The notes: generated from the sequence alone by a model not told the origin. A stretch of 64,000 nt of DNA from Candidatus Zixiibacteriota bacterium (GCA_050117845.1 JASFLY010000012.1:18610-82609); one strand, 5' to 3'. Counted from the first letter of the stretch, positions 1 through 10,147 are shown. Made by a program: numbers and translations.

Positions 1-818
1 CCGCCGTCCAGCTGGCCGATGGGCAGCATGTTTACCGACGTCACCCACAGGCCGATCCAACCGGCGAGGGCCAGCGGGTGCAAGGTAACGTCGAGGCCGC
101 CCATGGGCCCCTTGACCGCGTACGTCAACAGCTTGAAAATTAGCGAGTCCCCCAGGATAAGGGTCCCGGCCGCCGCGGCCCCCGGGTCCACCGGCGTGGA
201 TAAGTAGAGGCCAATAATCGTCAGCGGCAGCGCGACCAGGAAGCCGGCGATGGGGCCGGCGGCGCCGATGTCGAGAAGGGCCCGGCGATTCGGTATGGGC
301 GACTCCATTTTGATCACGGCGCCGAAGGTCCCGAGTAATGGATGCGGCACAGGCAGGAAGTACGGCAGCGTGGCCCGGACGCGGTGGCGCATCGACGCGA
401 AGAAGTGCGCCATCTCGTGACAGAGTAGGATGCCTATAATGGACGCCGAGAACGGAACGCCCAAAAGCCAGTCCCGGGCGTGCAGGAGGTTGCCGCCACG
501 CTGCCAACTGCCCGCCGCCAGCGTCGTCCCGATGGTCGCGAGTAGAAGCCCCGCGTTAATCAGAACGCGCCAGCGCGGCTTCTTGAGCGGCTTGGGACTG
601 ACTTCCACGAGCCACTTGCCGTCATCCAGCGGCGTCGCCGTCGTATAGTAGCCCAGTTGACCGAGGTTCCGGGCGAGTATGTCGGCCCCGCCGCTCTCAC
701 GGTAACGCCCGACGAGCGCCACGCCGGGCGGCCGGCCGTAGTACTTCTCCACGTCGAAGAAGGGGGCGACCTCTTCCAGCACGTTACGCAGTATTACGTC
801 AAGCGGGCGCGGCGTCAT
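1..818 (-). CDS. site-2 protease (M50 family), 3' end outside window
   Basis: Manual translation from ATG at 818 (MTPRPLDVIL...) gives HEMAH zinc motif, LPYFLP, GTFGAVI, DIGAAGPIAG and NMLPIGQLDGG; absent from the ORF track because it runs off the window. Confidence 0.9.
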   Translation of the reverse strand, partial: MTPRPLDVILRNVLEEVAPFFDVEKYYGRPPGVALVGRYRESGGADILARNLGQLGYYTTATPLDDGKWLVEVSPKPLKKPRWRVLINAGLLLATIGTTLAAGSWQRGGNLLHARDWLLGVPFSASIIGILLCHEMAHFFASMRHRVRATLPYFLPVPHPLLGTFGAVIKMESPIPNRRALLDIGAAGPIAGFLVALPLTIIGLYLSTPVDPGAAAAGTLILGDSLIFKLLTYAVKGPMGGLDVTLHPLALAGWIGLWVTSVNMLPIGQLDG

Positions 819-831
819 AAGGCGGATAGGC

Positions 832-1692
832 TCACAGGTATTTCGAGATAATCGGCCCGAGCTTCTTTTTAATCTCTTCCGGAACGAGGGCCGGGTCGGT
901 GGTTACGGCGCCGCGGAGGGCGTTGTGGCAATCGCACTCGTCGAGGGCGGCGAGGCCGGGCAGAACGTCCGCCACCACGGCCTTGACGTTCTCGACGTTT
1001 GTCCGTACGGTATCGAGCACCATTTCGATGTTCACGTCCTCGGCCTCGAACCAGCAGTCGTAATCGGTCACGAGGGCCACGGTGGCGTAGCACATCTCGG
1101 CCTCGCGGGCCAGCTTGGCCTCGGTGGCGCTGGTCATGCCTATAACGTCGAATCCGAGTTGGCGGTAGACGCCCGACTCGGCGCGGGTCGAGAACTGCGG
1201 CCCCTCCATACATATATACGTGCCGCGGCCGTGCACCGGGACGCCCCGCTGTTCGCAGGCCGCGACAGCCAGCTCCCGGACGCGATTGCAATAGGGGTCC
1301 GCGAGCGGGATGTGCACCGTAAGGCCCGGCGCGTCGAAGAAGGTCGAGACGCGATGCTTGGTATTGTCGTAGAACTGGTCGGGCACGACGAACTCGCGCG
1401 GCCTGATTTCCGTTTTGAGGCTGCCGACGGCGGACACGCTCAGGACGCGGTCTACGCCGAGGGACTTGAGCGCCCACGTATTCGCCCGGAAGTTGATAGC
1501 GCCGGCGGGCGTGAAGTGGCCCACGCCGTGGCGCGGGAGGAATATAACCGGCGCGCCACCGAACTCGCCGATTACGAATTCGCCCGTGGGGTCGCCGAAG
1601 GGCGTTTCCACCCGCTTCTTTTCGCGAACGTCGAAACCCTCTATTTCGTACAGGCCGGAGCCGCCGATTACGGCCGTCGCCGTAGAGTCCAA
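832..1692 (-). CDS. mtnP: S-methyl-5'-thioadenosine phosphorylase
   Basis: GGSGLY, FLPRHG, SAVGSL, MEGPQFSTRAES, DVIGMT, VTDYDCW motifs. Confidence 0.93.
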   Translation of the reverse strand: MDSTATAVIGGSGLYEIEGFDVREKKRVETPFGDPTGEFVIGEFGGAPVIFLPRHGVGHFTPAGAINFRANTWALKSLGVDRVLSVSAVGSLKTEIRPREFVVPDQFYDNTKHRVSTFFDAPGLTVHIPLADPYCNRVRELAVAACEQRGVPVHGRGTYICMEGPQFSTRAESGVYRQLGFDVIGMTSATEAKLAREAEMCYATVALVTDYDCWFEAEDVNIEMVLDTVRTNVENVKAVVADVLPGLAALDECDCHNALRGAVTTDPALVPEEIKKKLGPIISKYL

Positions 1693-1719
1693 AACCTTAA
1701 CCTCCTGAAACGAGAGAAC

Positions 1720-2583
1720 TTACCATCGGGTGGGGATGACGGATTGCGTGCCGAAGTAAAAGGTCGCGTATCGCGGGACGGGATGGGAATAGCCGTTGAT
1801 GTGGTAGGACTTGCCGAAGACCGGATAGAGCAGGCCGGCCTCGAGGCGAACGTTGTCGTCTACTATATACTGCATGCGGGGCCCGAACCAGAACAGCCTC
1901 GTTTTAACGGTCCCGAGGCCCGCGTACGTACCGACGGAGAGGCCCCCCACCCAGCGTTCGTCGTCGTCCAGCGCCCAACAGGGGTCGGCCAGGAGATAGG
2001 CCGAGATGCCCGGCTCCTCGAAGAAGCGATCGCTGTCCATGTCCTGACGGAAGCCCACCTGGGCGTCGAGCTGGAAGGTGCCGCCGCGCCGGTCGTAGAA
2101 ACCGACCGCGGCCACGTCGACGGCGTTCCCCGCGTCGGAGAAGGCGTTACTTGTGTCGCCCGGGAAACGGATGCCGAGGCGCGGCCCCATGCGGAACTCG
2201 CCGCCCTCTTTCGTGTACCAGATGCCCTTGCCGGAGAGCCATACGTCGCCCAGGCCGTTCTCGAAAGCCCCCGTATCGTGGTCGTGCCAGTTCACGCCGT
2301 GGAGGACCAGGTCGGCTTCCCAGTGGCGGTCGAAGACCCAACCGATTTTGGCCCGGCCCACGAACACCGTCGTGGCGTCGCCGCCGCTAACGTAACCGCC
2401 GTCGGCGTCGAAGGCCCCCCCGGCGTAGCCGTAGGATAGGTGGCCGTCGGCCCTTATGGAGTGAATTTGCTCTTCGCGGGCGGAATCGAAGCTGGCCAGC
2501 GGCTCCAGCGGCGCGAAACCGTAGTACGCGGCCGCCACGGCAGGCCATATAAGGCCTATAATTATCAAGGCTTTCGTACGCAT
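1720..2583 (-). CDS. secreted/outer-membrane beta-barrel-like protein (transporter-like)
   Basis: Signal peptide MRTKALIIIGLIWPAVAAA, alternating aromatic beta strands, GLGDVWLSGK; start chosen at signal peptide. Confidence 0.6.
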   Translation of the reverse strand: MRTKALIIIGLIWPAVAAAYYGFAPLEPLASFDSAREEQIHSIRADGHLSYGYAGGAFDADGGYVSGGDATTVFVGRAKIGWVFDRHWEADLVLHGVNWHDHDTGAFENGLGDVWLSGKGIWYTKEGGEFRMGPRLGIRFPGDTSNAFSDAGNAVDVAAVGFYDRRGGTFQLDAQVGFRQDMDSDRFFEEPGISAYLLADPCWALDDDERWVGGLSVGTYAGLGTVKTRLFWFGPRMQYIVDDNVRLEAGLLYPVFGKSYHINGYSHPVPRYATFYFGTQSVIPTRW

Positions 2584-2699
2584 AAGCATATCGACGTAAA
2601 AGCCGTATATTATAAGGCATTCGCGGCCTACAATCAAGGGAAACCGGCCGCAGCCGTGGGAGGAACGGGGAAACGCCGTACGGCGTCAGCACCTAAATC

Positions 2700-2812
2700 C
2701 GCCGACAGGAACGTCGGCGCCACCGGCGGCCGTAAAGGCCGCCGCTCCGAATATTAATTTATAAATACGCGACAACGCCGGGACGCTGGTTCGGCGGCCC
2801 CGAAGGCCGCCG
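2700..2812. repeat. REP-like hairpin cluster
   Basis: GCCGACAGGAACGTCGGC (same family at 45656, 45799, 59728), GGCGGCCGTAAAGGCCGCC, CGGCGGCCCCGAAGGCCGCCG. Confidence 0.65.
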
Positions 2813-2829
2813 CGTCTTTCATTCATAAA

Positions 2830-2858
2830 TTGCGCCCGGGCGGGTTTTTTCGTATAAT
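2830..2858 (+). promoter_or_regulatory. sigma70-like promoter of ruvX
   Basis: TTGCGC-N17-TATAAT, 9 nt before ATG. Confidence 0.55.
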
Positions 2859-2867
2859 ACGCGGCAT

Positions 2868-3299
2868 ATGAAGGCGTTGGGCGTAGACTGGGGCGGGGCC
2901 CGCATCGGCCTGGCGGTATCGGACGATACCGGCACCATCGCGTCCCCGTACAAGGTTATCCCCAACGACGAGCGCGCGGCCGGGGCCGTCGTGAACGCGG
3001 CCTCGGTGACCGGCGCCCAGGAGATAGTCGTCGGCTACCCGCTTACGCTCACGGGCGAGGAAGGCCCGGCGGCGGAACGGGTCCAGGCGTTCGCCCGCGA
3101 ACTCCAGGGCCGGGTATCGGTTCCGGTCAAACTGGTGGACGAGCGGTTCTCGACGAAGAACGCCGAGGAGCGCCTGCGGGCGGCGGGCGCCTCCCGCGAA
3201 AAGATAAAGAAAACGGCCGACGCCGCGGCGGCGGCCCTGATACTCCAGACCTACCTCGACGTCAGCAAAAGAGGACGTACGGGCGACCCGACGGACTAG
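2868..3299 (+). CDS. ruvX: YqgF/RuvX pre-16S rRNA nuclease / resolvase-like
   Basis: LGVDWGGARIGLAVSD, IVVGYP, VDERFST, DAAAAALILQTYLD. Confidence 0.92.
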   Translation: MKALGVDWGGARIGLAVSDDTGTIASPYKVIPNDERAAGAVVNAASVTGAQEIVVGYPLTLTGEEGPAAERVQAFARELQGRVSVPVKLVDERFSTKNAEERLRAAGASREKIKKTADAAAAALILQTYLDVSKRGRTGDPTD

Positions 3300-4237
3300 T
3301 CGGCCGCCACCTTCCCCTTAAACCATTCTATCGTTTGCGCCAGGCCCTCCTGCACGGGGACCCGGGGTTCCCATCCCAGGAACTCGTTCGCCCGGCCTAT
3401 GTCGGGCTTGCGGCGCCGGGGGTCGTCGATGGGCAACGGCTCGTAAACTATCTCCAGAGCCGGGTCCACCGCGTCGCGAATCATCTCCGCCATCGAAAGA
3501 ATCGTTATCTCTTCGGGGTTGCCGACGTTGACCGGATCCGTCACGTCGGACTCGAGGAGCGCCAGCATCCCGTCCACCATGTCGCCTACGTAGCAGAAGG
3601 AGCGCGTCTGCGAACCGTCGCCGTAGACGGTCAGCGGCTCTCCGGCGAGGGCCTGTGACACGAGGTTGGGTATGAGGCGGCCGTCGGCCGGCCTCATGCG
3701 AGGGCCGTAGGTGTTGAAGATGCGGATGACGCGGGCGTCGAGGCCGCGGTAGCGCCGAAAGGCCGCGACCATCGCCTCGCCGAAGCGCTTCGCCTCGTCG
3801 TACACGGAACGGGGGCCGGTGGCGTTGACGTGGCCCCAGTAGTCCTCGTTCTGCGGGTGGACTTCCGGGTCGCCGTAGACCTCGCTGGTGGAGGCGAAGA
3901 AGAAGCGGGCCCCTTTGCTCAGGGCCAGATCCGCGGCGAGACGCGTCCCCTCGGAGTTGACCGCCATAATCTCGAACGGGAGGCGCTCGAAGTCTATGGG
4001 GCTCGCGGGGCTCGCGATGTGCATTACGAAGTCGGCCGGCCCGTCCACGTCGTAAGGCCGGGAGACGTCGGTTTCCCTGAATTCGAAGCCGTCGTAGGCT
4101 TCCAACAAACCCACGTTAGCCGGGTCGCCGGTGGAGAGGTTATCGAGGACGATAACCCCGTGGCCTTCGGTCAGTAAGCGTTCGACCAGGTGGGAGCCTA
4201 TGAACCCGGCCCCGCCGGTAATTATATAACGAGCCAT
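3296..4237 (-). CDS. UDP-glucuronic acid decarboxylase (UXS-like SDR)
   Basis: TGGAGFIGSH, ASPASP, ASTSEVYGDP, GPRSVYDEAKR, RIFNTYGPRM, DDPRRRKPDI. Confidence 0.9.
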   Translation of the reverse strand: MARYIITGGAGFIGSHLVERLLTEGHGVIVLDNLSTGDPANVGLLEAYDGFEFRETDVSRPYDVDGPADFVMHIASPASPIDFERLPFEIMAVNSEGTRLAADLALSKGARFFFASTSEVYGDPEVHPQNEDYWGHVNATGPRSVYDEAKRFGEAMVAAFRRYRGLDARVIRIFNTYGPRMRPADGRLIPNLVSQALAGEPLTVYGDGSQTRSFCYVGDMVDGMLALLESDVTDPVNVGNPEEITILSMAEMIRDAVDPALEIVYEPLPIDDPRRRKPDIGRANEFLGWEPRVPVQEGLAQTIEWFKGKVAAD

Positions 4238-4269
4238 TTTAAACCTTTCTAATTTCCCTACACGGTTCT

Positions 4270-4299
4270 ACGGAAGGCCGAAGCCGGCCTTCCGTTTTT
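4270..4299 (+). terminator. hairpin with T-tract on + strand
   Basis: ACGGAAGGCCG-AAGC-CGGCCTTCCGT followed by TTTT. Confidence 0.5.
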
Positions 4300-4320
4300 A
4301 AGTCTCGCGTCCGAAACCGC

Positions 4321-5622
4321 TTACGATTCGTTGCGGCGACCCACGCCGAAGTACTCCAGGCCGGCGGCCTTGACCTTCGCGGGGTCGTAGATGTTGCGGC
4401 CGTCGAATATAAGCGGCTGCTTCATATCCTTTATCAACGTCTTGAAATTCGGCTCCTTGAACTCGTTCCAGTCCGTCACGACCGCCAGGGCGTCGGCGCC
4501 CTCCACCGCCGCGTAGGCGTTCGCGGTGTACTCTACGTCGGGCATGACCTCCCGGGCGTCGTCCATGGCCACGGGGTCGAAGGCCGCCACCGCGGCGCCG
4601 GCCGCGAGCAGTTTCTCTATGATGCCCAGGGCCGGGGACTCACGGATGTCGTCGGTGTTGGGCTTGAAGGACAGCCCCCACACCGCGATTTTCTTGCCGT
4701 TGAGGTCGCCCAGGCGATTCATTATCTTCTCCACGAAGAGGTCGCGCTGGACCTCGTTCACGTCCACGACGGCCTTGAGGATTTTAAAGTCGTAGCCGGC
4801 CTTGGTCGCGATGTCCACGAGGGCGAGAGTATCCTTGGGGAAACACGAACCGCCGAAACCGACGCCGGCGCCGAAGAAGGCCGGGTTTATGCGGCCGTCC
4901 TTCGTTACGCCCTCGACGACCTCCCGGACGTCCGCGCCCACGCGCTCGCAGATGTTGGCTATCTCGTTGATGAAGGAGATCTTGAGAGCCAGGAAAGCGT
5001 TGGACGTATACTTAATCATCTCGGCCGAGAGGACGTCGGTGATGATGATGGGACCGTCGAGGGGCGCGTAGAGCTCGGCTACCATCTCGCCGGCCGCCGG
5101 ATTGGAACAGCCGATGACGACGCGGTCGGGCTGCATGAAGTCGTGGATGGCCGACCCCTCGCGAAGGAACTCGGGATTCGAAACGACGTCATACGAGTAC
5201 TCGCCGCCCGATTTCCCGGCGATAATCTGGCTCACGACGTCGCCGGTGCCCACCGGAACGGTGGACTTGTTGACGACGACGCGGTAACCGTCCATGACCT
5301 CGCCGATAGTCTCGGCCACGGAGCGCACCTGGCTCAGGTCCGCCTCGCCGTCCGGGCCCGGAGGCGTTCCGACGGCGATAAAAATTATCTTCGACTTCTT
5401 GACCGCTTCGCCCACGTTGTCGGTGAAGGACAGACGGCCGACCTTGGCGTTGGTCTTGACGATTTCGACCAGGCCCGGTTCGAAGATGGGCGTCTCACCC
5501 CGATTCAACATTTCAACTTTGCGGGTGTCGATGTCCGCGCAAATAACCTGGTTCCCAAGGTCGGCGAAGCACGCCCCGGTAACCAAACCCACGTAACCGG
5601 TTCCTACAACCGCAACTCTCAT
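4321..5622 (-). CDS. ugd: UDP-glucose 6-dehydrogenase
   Basis: GTGYVGL, KSTVPVGT, SNPEFLREG, GFGGSCFPKD, FKPNTDDIRES. Confidence 0.93.
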   Translation of the reverse strand: MRVAVVGTGYVGLVTGACFADLGNQVICADIDTRKVEMLNRGETPIFEPGLVEIVKTNAKVGRLSFTDNVGEAVKKSKIIFIAVGTPPGPDGEADLSQVRSVAETIGEVMDGYRVVVNKSTVPVGTGDVVSQIIAGKSGGEYSYDVVSNPEFLREGSAIHDFMQPDRVVIGCSNPAAGEMVAELYAPLDGPIIITDVLSAEMIKYTSNAFLALKISFINEIANICERVGADVREVVEGVTKDGRINPAFFGAGVGFGGSCFPKDTLALVDIATKAGYDFKILKAVVDVNEVQRDLFVEKIMNRLGDLNGKKIAVWGLSFKPNTDDIRESPALGIIEKLLAAGAAVAAFDPVAMDDAREVMPDVEYTANAYAAVEGADALAVVTDWNEFKEPNFKTLIKDMKQPLIFDGRNIYDPAKVKAAGLEYFGVGRRNES

Positions 5623-6569
5623 ATTCTCTCGCTCCAGTAATCCAATATGTCGGAAAGCGTCTGGTCGAACGGTATCTCCGGACGCCAGCCGGTCTGTTTC
5701 GTTATCTTAGTGTTATCGCCGATGAGCAGGGGCACGTCGGACGGACGGAGCCGCTCCGGGTCCACCTCGACCTTGACGTCCGCACCCGACAGTTCTACCA
5801 ACTTCTCGACGACCTCCCGGATGCTGTATCCCTTACCCGAGCATATATTATAAACTTCGCCGCCCTCGGCCGCCTCCAACGCGCGCCAGTACGCCCGCAC
5901 GGTGTCCCGCACGTCCGTAAAATCGCGTACGGCGTCGAGGTTGCCCACGCTGACGTGAGGCCGCAAACCCTTGCGGGCCTCGATTATCTGGATGGCGAAG
6001 TTGGAGCATACGAAAACCCGGCCGCGCCGCGGCCCGGTGTGATTGAACGCCCGGGTCCGCACCACGTCGGTCCCGTACGATTTGAAATATTGATAGGACA
6101 ACATATCCTGGCCCACCTTGCTCACGCCGTAGGGGCTCAAGGGCCGGAGGGGATTGTCCTCCGTAATCGGCACTTCCTCGGGCGCCACGAATCCGTACTC
6201 CTCCGAGGAACAGGCCACGAGGATACGGGGTTCGTATTTCGCCCGGCGCACCGCCTCGAAGATGTTAACCGTTCCGACGATGTTGGTGGTCAGCGTCTCG
6301 GACGGTAGTTTCCAACTCGAGACGACGTACGACTGGGCGGCGAGGTGGAATATTTTATCCGGTTTGATATCCGCCACCAGCGACTCGACCGAGGACGCGT
6401 CCCGCAGGTCCGCGTCGATGACGGTGATGCGGTCGGAGATGTGTTCGATGTTCTGGCTGGGGCTGCGCCAGCGCGCCGTCCCGTAAACCTCCACGTCACC
6501 CAGGGCCAGAGCGTAATCGGCCAGGTGACTGCCGGCGAAGCCGGTTATCCCCGTTATTAAAATTTTCAT
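5619..6569 (-). CDS. GDP-mannose 4,6-dehydratase / GDP-4-keto-6-deoxymannose reductase-like SDR
   Basis: TGITGFAGSHL, HLAAQSYV, SPYGVSK, RAFNHTGPRR, GNLDAVRDFTDVRD, RLRPSDV. Confidence 0.85.
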   Translation of the reverse strand: MKILITGITGFAGSHLADYALALGDVEVYGTARWRSPSQNIEHISDRITVIDADLRDASSVESLVADIKPDKIFHLAAQSYVVSSWKLPSETLTTNIVGTVNIFEAVRRAKYEPRILVACSSEEYGFVAPEEVPITEDNPLRPLSPYGVSKVGQDMLSYQYFKSYGTDVVRTRAFNHTGPRRGRVFVCSNFAIQIIEARKGLRPHVSVGNLDAVRDFTDVRDTVRAYWRALEAAEGGEVYNICSGKGYSIREVVEKLVELSGADVKVEVDPERLRPSDVPLLIGDNTKITKQTGWRPEIPFDQTLSDILDYWSERI

Positions 6570-8992
6570 TTCGACCTTCCCTTGAGATTGGCTACGAGAC
6601 GCCGCGCGACGTGTGCCGCGGCCACGGCGTCCCGGGCGTACGCCGCCCCGATCCTCTTGGCGTAATCCTCGGTTACGACGGCCCCGCCCACGAGAAGCCG
6701 GGCCTTAATTTTATTTTCGCTTAACGCCCCCGCGACCCTGCCCATCTCGGGCATCGTCGTCGTCATAAGAGCCGATAGCGCGACGATGTCGGCCTCCTGC
6801 TCCCGGGCCGCGGCCACGATGCGCGCCACCGAAACGCTCTTGCCCAAATCGCGAACGTCAAAACCGTGGCTTTTCAGGACGGCGCCGACTATGTTCTTGC
6901 CGATGTCGTGTACGTCCCCCGCAACGGTGGCGACGACGACGCGGCCGGCGGATCGGCTCGACGTTCGGGCCCGGCGCAACGCCTTCTCGATTACGCCGAA
7001 AGCGTCCCGGCTCGCTTCCGCGGCGCGAACTACGTGTGGCAGGTAGTACTCGCCCCGCCCGTAGCGCCGCCCCACTTCCGCAAGCGCCGGCACGACGTAT
7101 TTGCTATTCAGCGTGAGCGGCGAGACGCCGGCGGTGAGGGCCCGTTCGGCCGCAGCTGCTGCTTCCTCCCGGCGACCGTGCAGAACGGCGTCGTAGAGCT
7201 CGTCGCCTGGGTCGGCCTTCCTCTTCGGCGTCGACGCTTTTTTCGCACGCCGGGCCGGTTTCGGCGCGAACGCCGCGGTATACGCCGCCACTTCCTCGTC
7301 GCCGCCGGTCAATACCGATAAGCCGCGTATCGCCTCCGCCATCCGTTCGTCGAGGGGATCAACGATGGCGAGGTCGAGGCCGGCGCCGGCGGCGTACGTG
7401 AAGGCCGCGGCGTTTAGCACCTCCCGGCGCGGAAGGCCGTGAGAGACGTTACTCACACCCATAACCGTCCGAACGCCGAAGGTCTTCTTTATCTCCCGAA
7501 GCGTCTCGAAGGTTACCCGGGCGCCGCCCTGAGCCGCCGTCAGCATGAGCGGGTCGATATATATGTCGCCCAGGGCGATGCCTTCGCTCAGCGCCCGGTC
7601 GACGAATTTCTCGACCAGCGTAAGCCGGGCCGTGACGCTCGAGGGGATGCCGCGAGCCCCCATCGCCAGGCCCACGACGCCGGCGCCCCACTTCCGGGCA
7701 AGCGGGAGGAGTCGCGCCATCGACCGGCCTGAAGCGGGACAGCTGTCGAGAAGCGGCTTACCGACGGCGGCCTTGAGGCCCGCCTCCAGCGCGTCGGCCC
7801 GGGCCGAGTCCACGGATACGGGGGTATCCACGGCGGCCTGTACCGCCCGGACCGCGGCGGCCATCGTCACGGCCGCGCCGTCCCGGTCGCCCACGTTAAC
7901 GTCAATTACGGACGCGCCGGCGGCGACCTGGGCCTCGGCCTCGCTCACGGCGAGGGTGAACTTCCCCCCGCCCAGTTGCCGCGTAAGTGCCTTCCGGCCG
8001 CTGGGATTGATCCGCTCCCCCACGATGACCGGCGCGCCCAGCCCCACGGCGACGACGCCCGTCCGGCCGGCGAGTACGGAGCGGCTCGCCCGCCGTGGCC
8101 TCCGGGGGGGCTTCACGCCGGCGAGGGCTTTGGCCGCGGCGCGGATATGCTCGGGGCCGGTGCCGCAACAACCGCCGACGATAGAGGCCCCGGCGGCAAC
8201 GAGTTTCGGCACCCAGCCGGCGAATTGGGCCGGCGTTTGGCGGAAGACCGTCCGCCCCCGCACGAGACGCGGGAGGCCTGCGTTGGGCTCCGCGCATACC
8301 GGGACGTCGGCGACGGCCGCCATCTCCCGGATAATGGGTACGAGTTCGCGGGCCCCCACGGAGCAGTTGGCTCCCACGGCGTCTGCCCCGGCGGCCTGCA
8401 ACGTTACCGCGGCGGCCTCGGGCGGCGTCCCGGTTACGGTACGGCCGCCCGCGTCGAAGGTCGCGAACGCGATTACGGGTCCGTCGAAAGCATCGCGGGC
8501 CGCGACGACCGCGGCCTTGAGTTCCCGCAGGTCGGATATCGTCTCGATTACGAGGAGGTCGACGCCGGCGGCGACCAGGATTCTCGCCTGACGGTGGAAC
8601 TCCCGGTACGCCTCGTCGAAGGGCAGTTCCCCCACGGGCTCGACGTACTCGCCCAGCGGGCCGATATCGCCGGCTACGAGAGCATTGTCCCCGGCGGCCT
8701 CGCGGGCCACCGCGGCCGCGGCCCGGTTTATCTCGTCGGCCCGGGACGATAGTTTATACGGCGCGAGGCGCATCCGCGTGGCACCGAAAGTATTGGTAAG
8801 TATTATGTCGGCCCCGGCCGCGACGTAAGCCTCGTGGCCCGCGCGAACGGCCTCCGGATTCGACAGGTTGAACTCGTCCGGCGCCGCGCCTGGCGGGAGG
8901 CCCCGCTCCTGGAGGAGCGTCCCCATCGCCCCGTCCAACAAAAGGACGCGGTCCCGGGCCATGAGCTTGAATTGTTCGCGCCTGAGTTTCAT
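6566..8992 (-). CDS. metH: B12-dependent methionine synthase (Hcy-binding, pterin-binding and B12-binding domains; no activation domain)
   Basis: LLDGAMGT, GANC, GGCCGT, GERINPSG, GVSNVSHGLP, GDVHDIGKN, SALMTTT. Confidence 0.9.
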   Translation of the reverse strand: MKLRREQFKLMARDRVLLLDGAMGTLLQERGLPPGAAPDEFNLSNPEAVRAGHEAYVAAGADIILTNTFGATRMRLAPYKLSSRADEINRAAAAVAREAAGDNALVAGDIGPLGEYVEPVGELPFDEAYREFHRQARILVAAGVDLLVIETISDLRELKAAVVAARDAFDGPVIAFATFDAGGRTVTGTPPEAAAVTLQAAGADAVGANCSVGARELVPIIREMAAVADVPVCAEPNAGLPRLVRGRTVFRQTPAQFAGWVPKLVAAGASIVGGCCGTGPEHIRAAAKALAGVKPPRRPRRASRSVLAGRTGVVAVGLGAPVIVGERINPSGRKALTRQLGGGKFTLAVSEAEAQVAAGASVIDVNVGDRDGAAVTMAAAVRAVQAAVDTPVSVDSARADALEAGLKAAVGKPLLDSCPASGRSMARLLPLARKWGAGVVGLAMGARGIPSSVTARLTLVEKFVDRALSEGIALGDIYIDPLMLTAAQGGARVTFETLREIKKTFGVRTVMGVSNVSHGLPRREVLNAAAFTYAAGAGLDLAIVDPLDERMAEAIRGLSVLTGGDEEVAAYTAAFAPKPARRAKKASTPKRKADPGDELYDAVLHGRREEAAAAAERALTAGVSPLTLNSKYVVPALAEVGRRYGRGEYYLPHVVRAAEASRDAFGVIEKALRRARTSSRSAGRVVVATVAGDVHDIGKNIVGAVLKSHGFDVRDLGKSVSVARIVAAAREQEADIVALSALMTTTMPEMGRVAGALSENKIKARLLVGGAVVTEDYAKRIGAAYARDAVAAAHVARRLVANLKGRSK

Positions 8993-9586
8993 TTATTCCG
9001 CAGTTATCGCCGCCACCGCGCTAACGCTCTTGCGCGGCATCATCATGTAGTTTTCGGTCAGCGTAATACCAAGTTCCGTTCCGCCCGACAGCGCGAGGAG
9101 TTCGGCCTGACACGCGAGGTCGAAGTCGCCGTAGCCGGGGCTTATCCTCCGGCCGACGACCTCGCCGGCCGGCCGGCCCTCCTCCCTGGCCCGGCGGTGG
9201 ACCCGGGAAACGAGTTCCTCCGCGGCGACGGAGCCCACGGCGTCGGCGACGGTCATCGCGAAAACCTCGCCCAGGGCGTCGTAGTCGGCGGCCAGCGCTT
9301 CGAGCGCTTCCCCCACCGTCGCGGCCATCGCCACGATGGTGGAGGCCCCGGACGTCAGTTTCGCCAGGTCGGCGCTGTGCCAGGCTACGCCGCCGTCCAG
9401 TTCCACCTCGTCCCCGCGGACGCGGATAACGGCCACGCGGCGGGAACTCCAACGGGGCGTCAGGACGTCGCGGGCCCGGCGGTAGGCCGAGTCGAAATCG
9501 GCCCTCAGGGCCGCGTCCCCCGCAGCCCCGGGTGACGGAACGCCGAGGCGCTTCCAGACGAGCGTTGCCTTAACCTCGAGTTCCAC
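8993..9586 (-). CDS. stand-alone methionine synthase AdoMet activation domain
   Basis: AATVG, RISPGYGDF, GITLTENYMMMPRKSVSA; directly upstream of metH. Confidence 0.82.
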   Translation of the reverse strand: MELEVKATLVWKRLGVPSPGAAGDAALRADFDSAYRRARDVLTPRWSSRRVAVIRVRGDEVELDGGVAWHSADLAKLTSGASTIVAMAATVGEALEALAADYDALGEVFAMTVADAVGSVAAEELVSRVHRRAREEGRPAGEVVGRRISPGYGDFDLACQAELLALSGGTELGITLTENYMMMPRKSVSAVAAITAE

Positions 9587-10136
9587 CGTCGTCCGGTTTC
9601 GCCTTCTTCTTGCGGTACCGCTCCTCTTCGCTGTAGATACAGCCGCAGTACCCTTGGACGTATATTTCCGCTTCCCGGGCGACGCGGCGACTCTCGTCGT
9701 CGTCGGGCCGGAAGTCGCGGGCCAGGAATTGTACGCCGGCCTCCGCGGCCGCCCTTTCTCCGGCTTCGAGTATGGCCGGCTGGTCCTGATGGGGCGAGAC
9801 GAGGAGCGTCGTCGTGAACGCTTCGTAGCCCGCCTCCCGCGCCCGGAGGGCGGTAACCGAAAGCCGCTCGAAGTAACACCGGGAACAGCGCCCCGCCCCC
9901 GAGGGACTAGCGACTTCGCGCAAGAAATAATCTATATCGTATCGGTCGTATACGTCGGCCCGGTATTCCTCCCGGGAGGCCACCTCTCGAAACGCGGCTA
10001 GCCGTTTTCGGTATTCGCGGTAGGGTTGAACGTTAGGATTATACCAGAAAACGATTAGGTCGTGCCCCTCCGCTTCGAGCGCCCGAGCCGGCCCGGCCAG
10101 ACAGCGGCCGCAACAAGCATGCAACATTACGCGCAT
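9570..10136 (-). CDS. queH: epoxyqueuosine reductase QueH
   Basis: LHACCGRC, YNPNVQP, CxxCY, FTTTLLVSPHQ, QGYCGCIYS. Confidence 0.88.
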   Translation of the reverse strand: MRVMLHACCGRCLAGPARALEAEGHDLIVFWYNPNVQPYREYRKRLAAFREVASREEYRADVYDRYDIDYFLREVASPSGAGRCSRCYFERLSVTALRAREAGYEAFTTTLLVSPHQDQPAILEAGERAAAEAGVQFLARDFRPDDDESRRVAREAEIYVQGYCGCIYSEEERYRKKKAKPDDGGTRG

Positions 10137-10147
10137 TATAAACCCGA

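Noticed and set aside
925..2439. 504-aa plus-strand ORF
   Set aside because: Antisense shadow of mtnP and the barrel gene, typical of high-GC DNA
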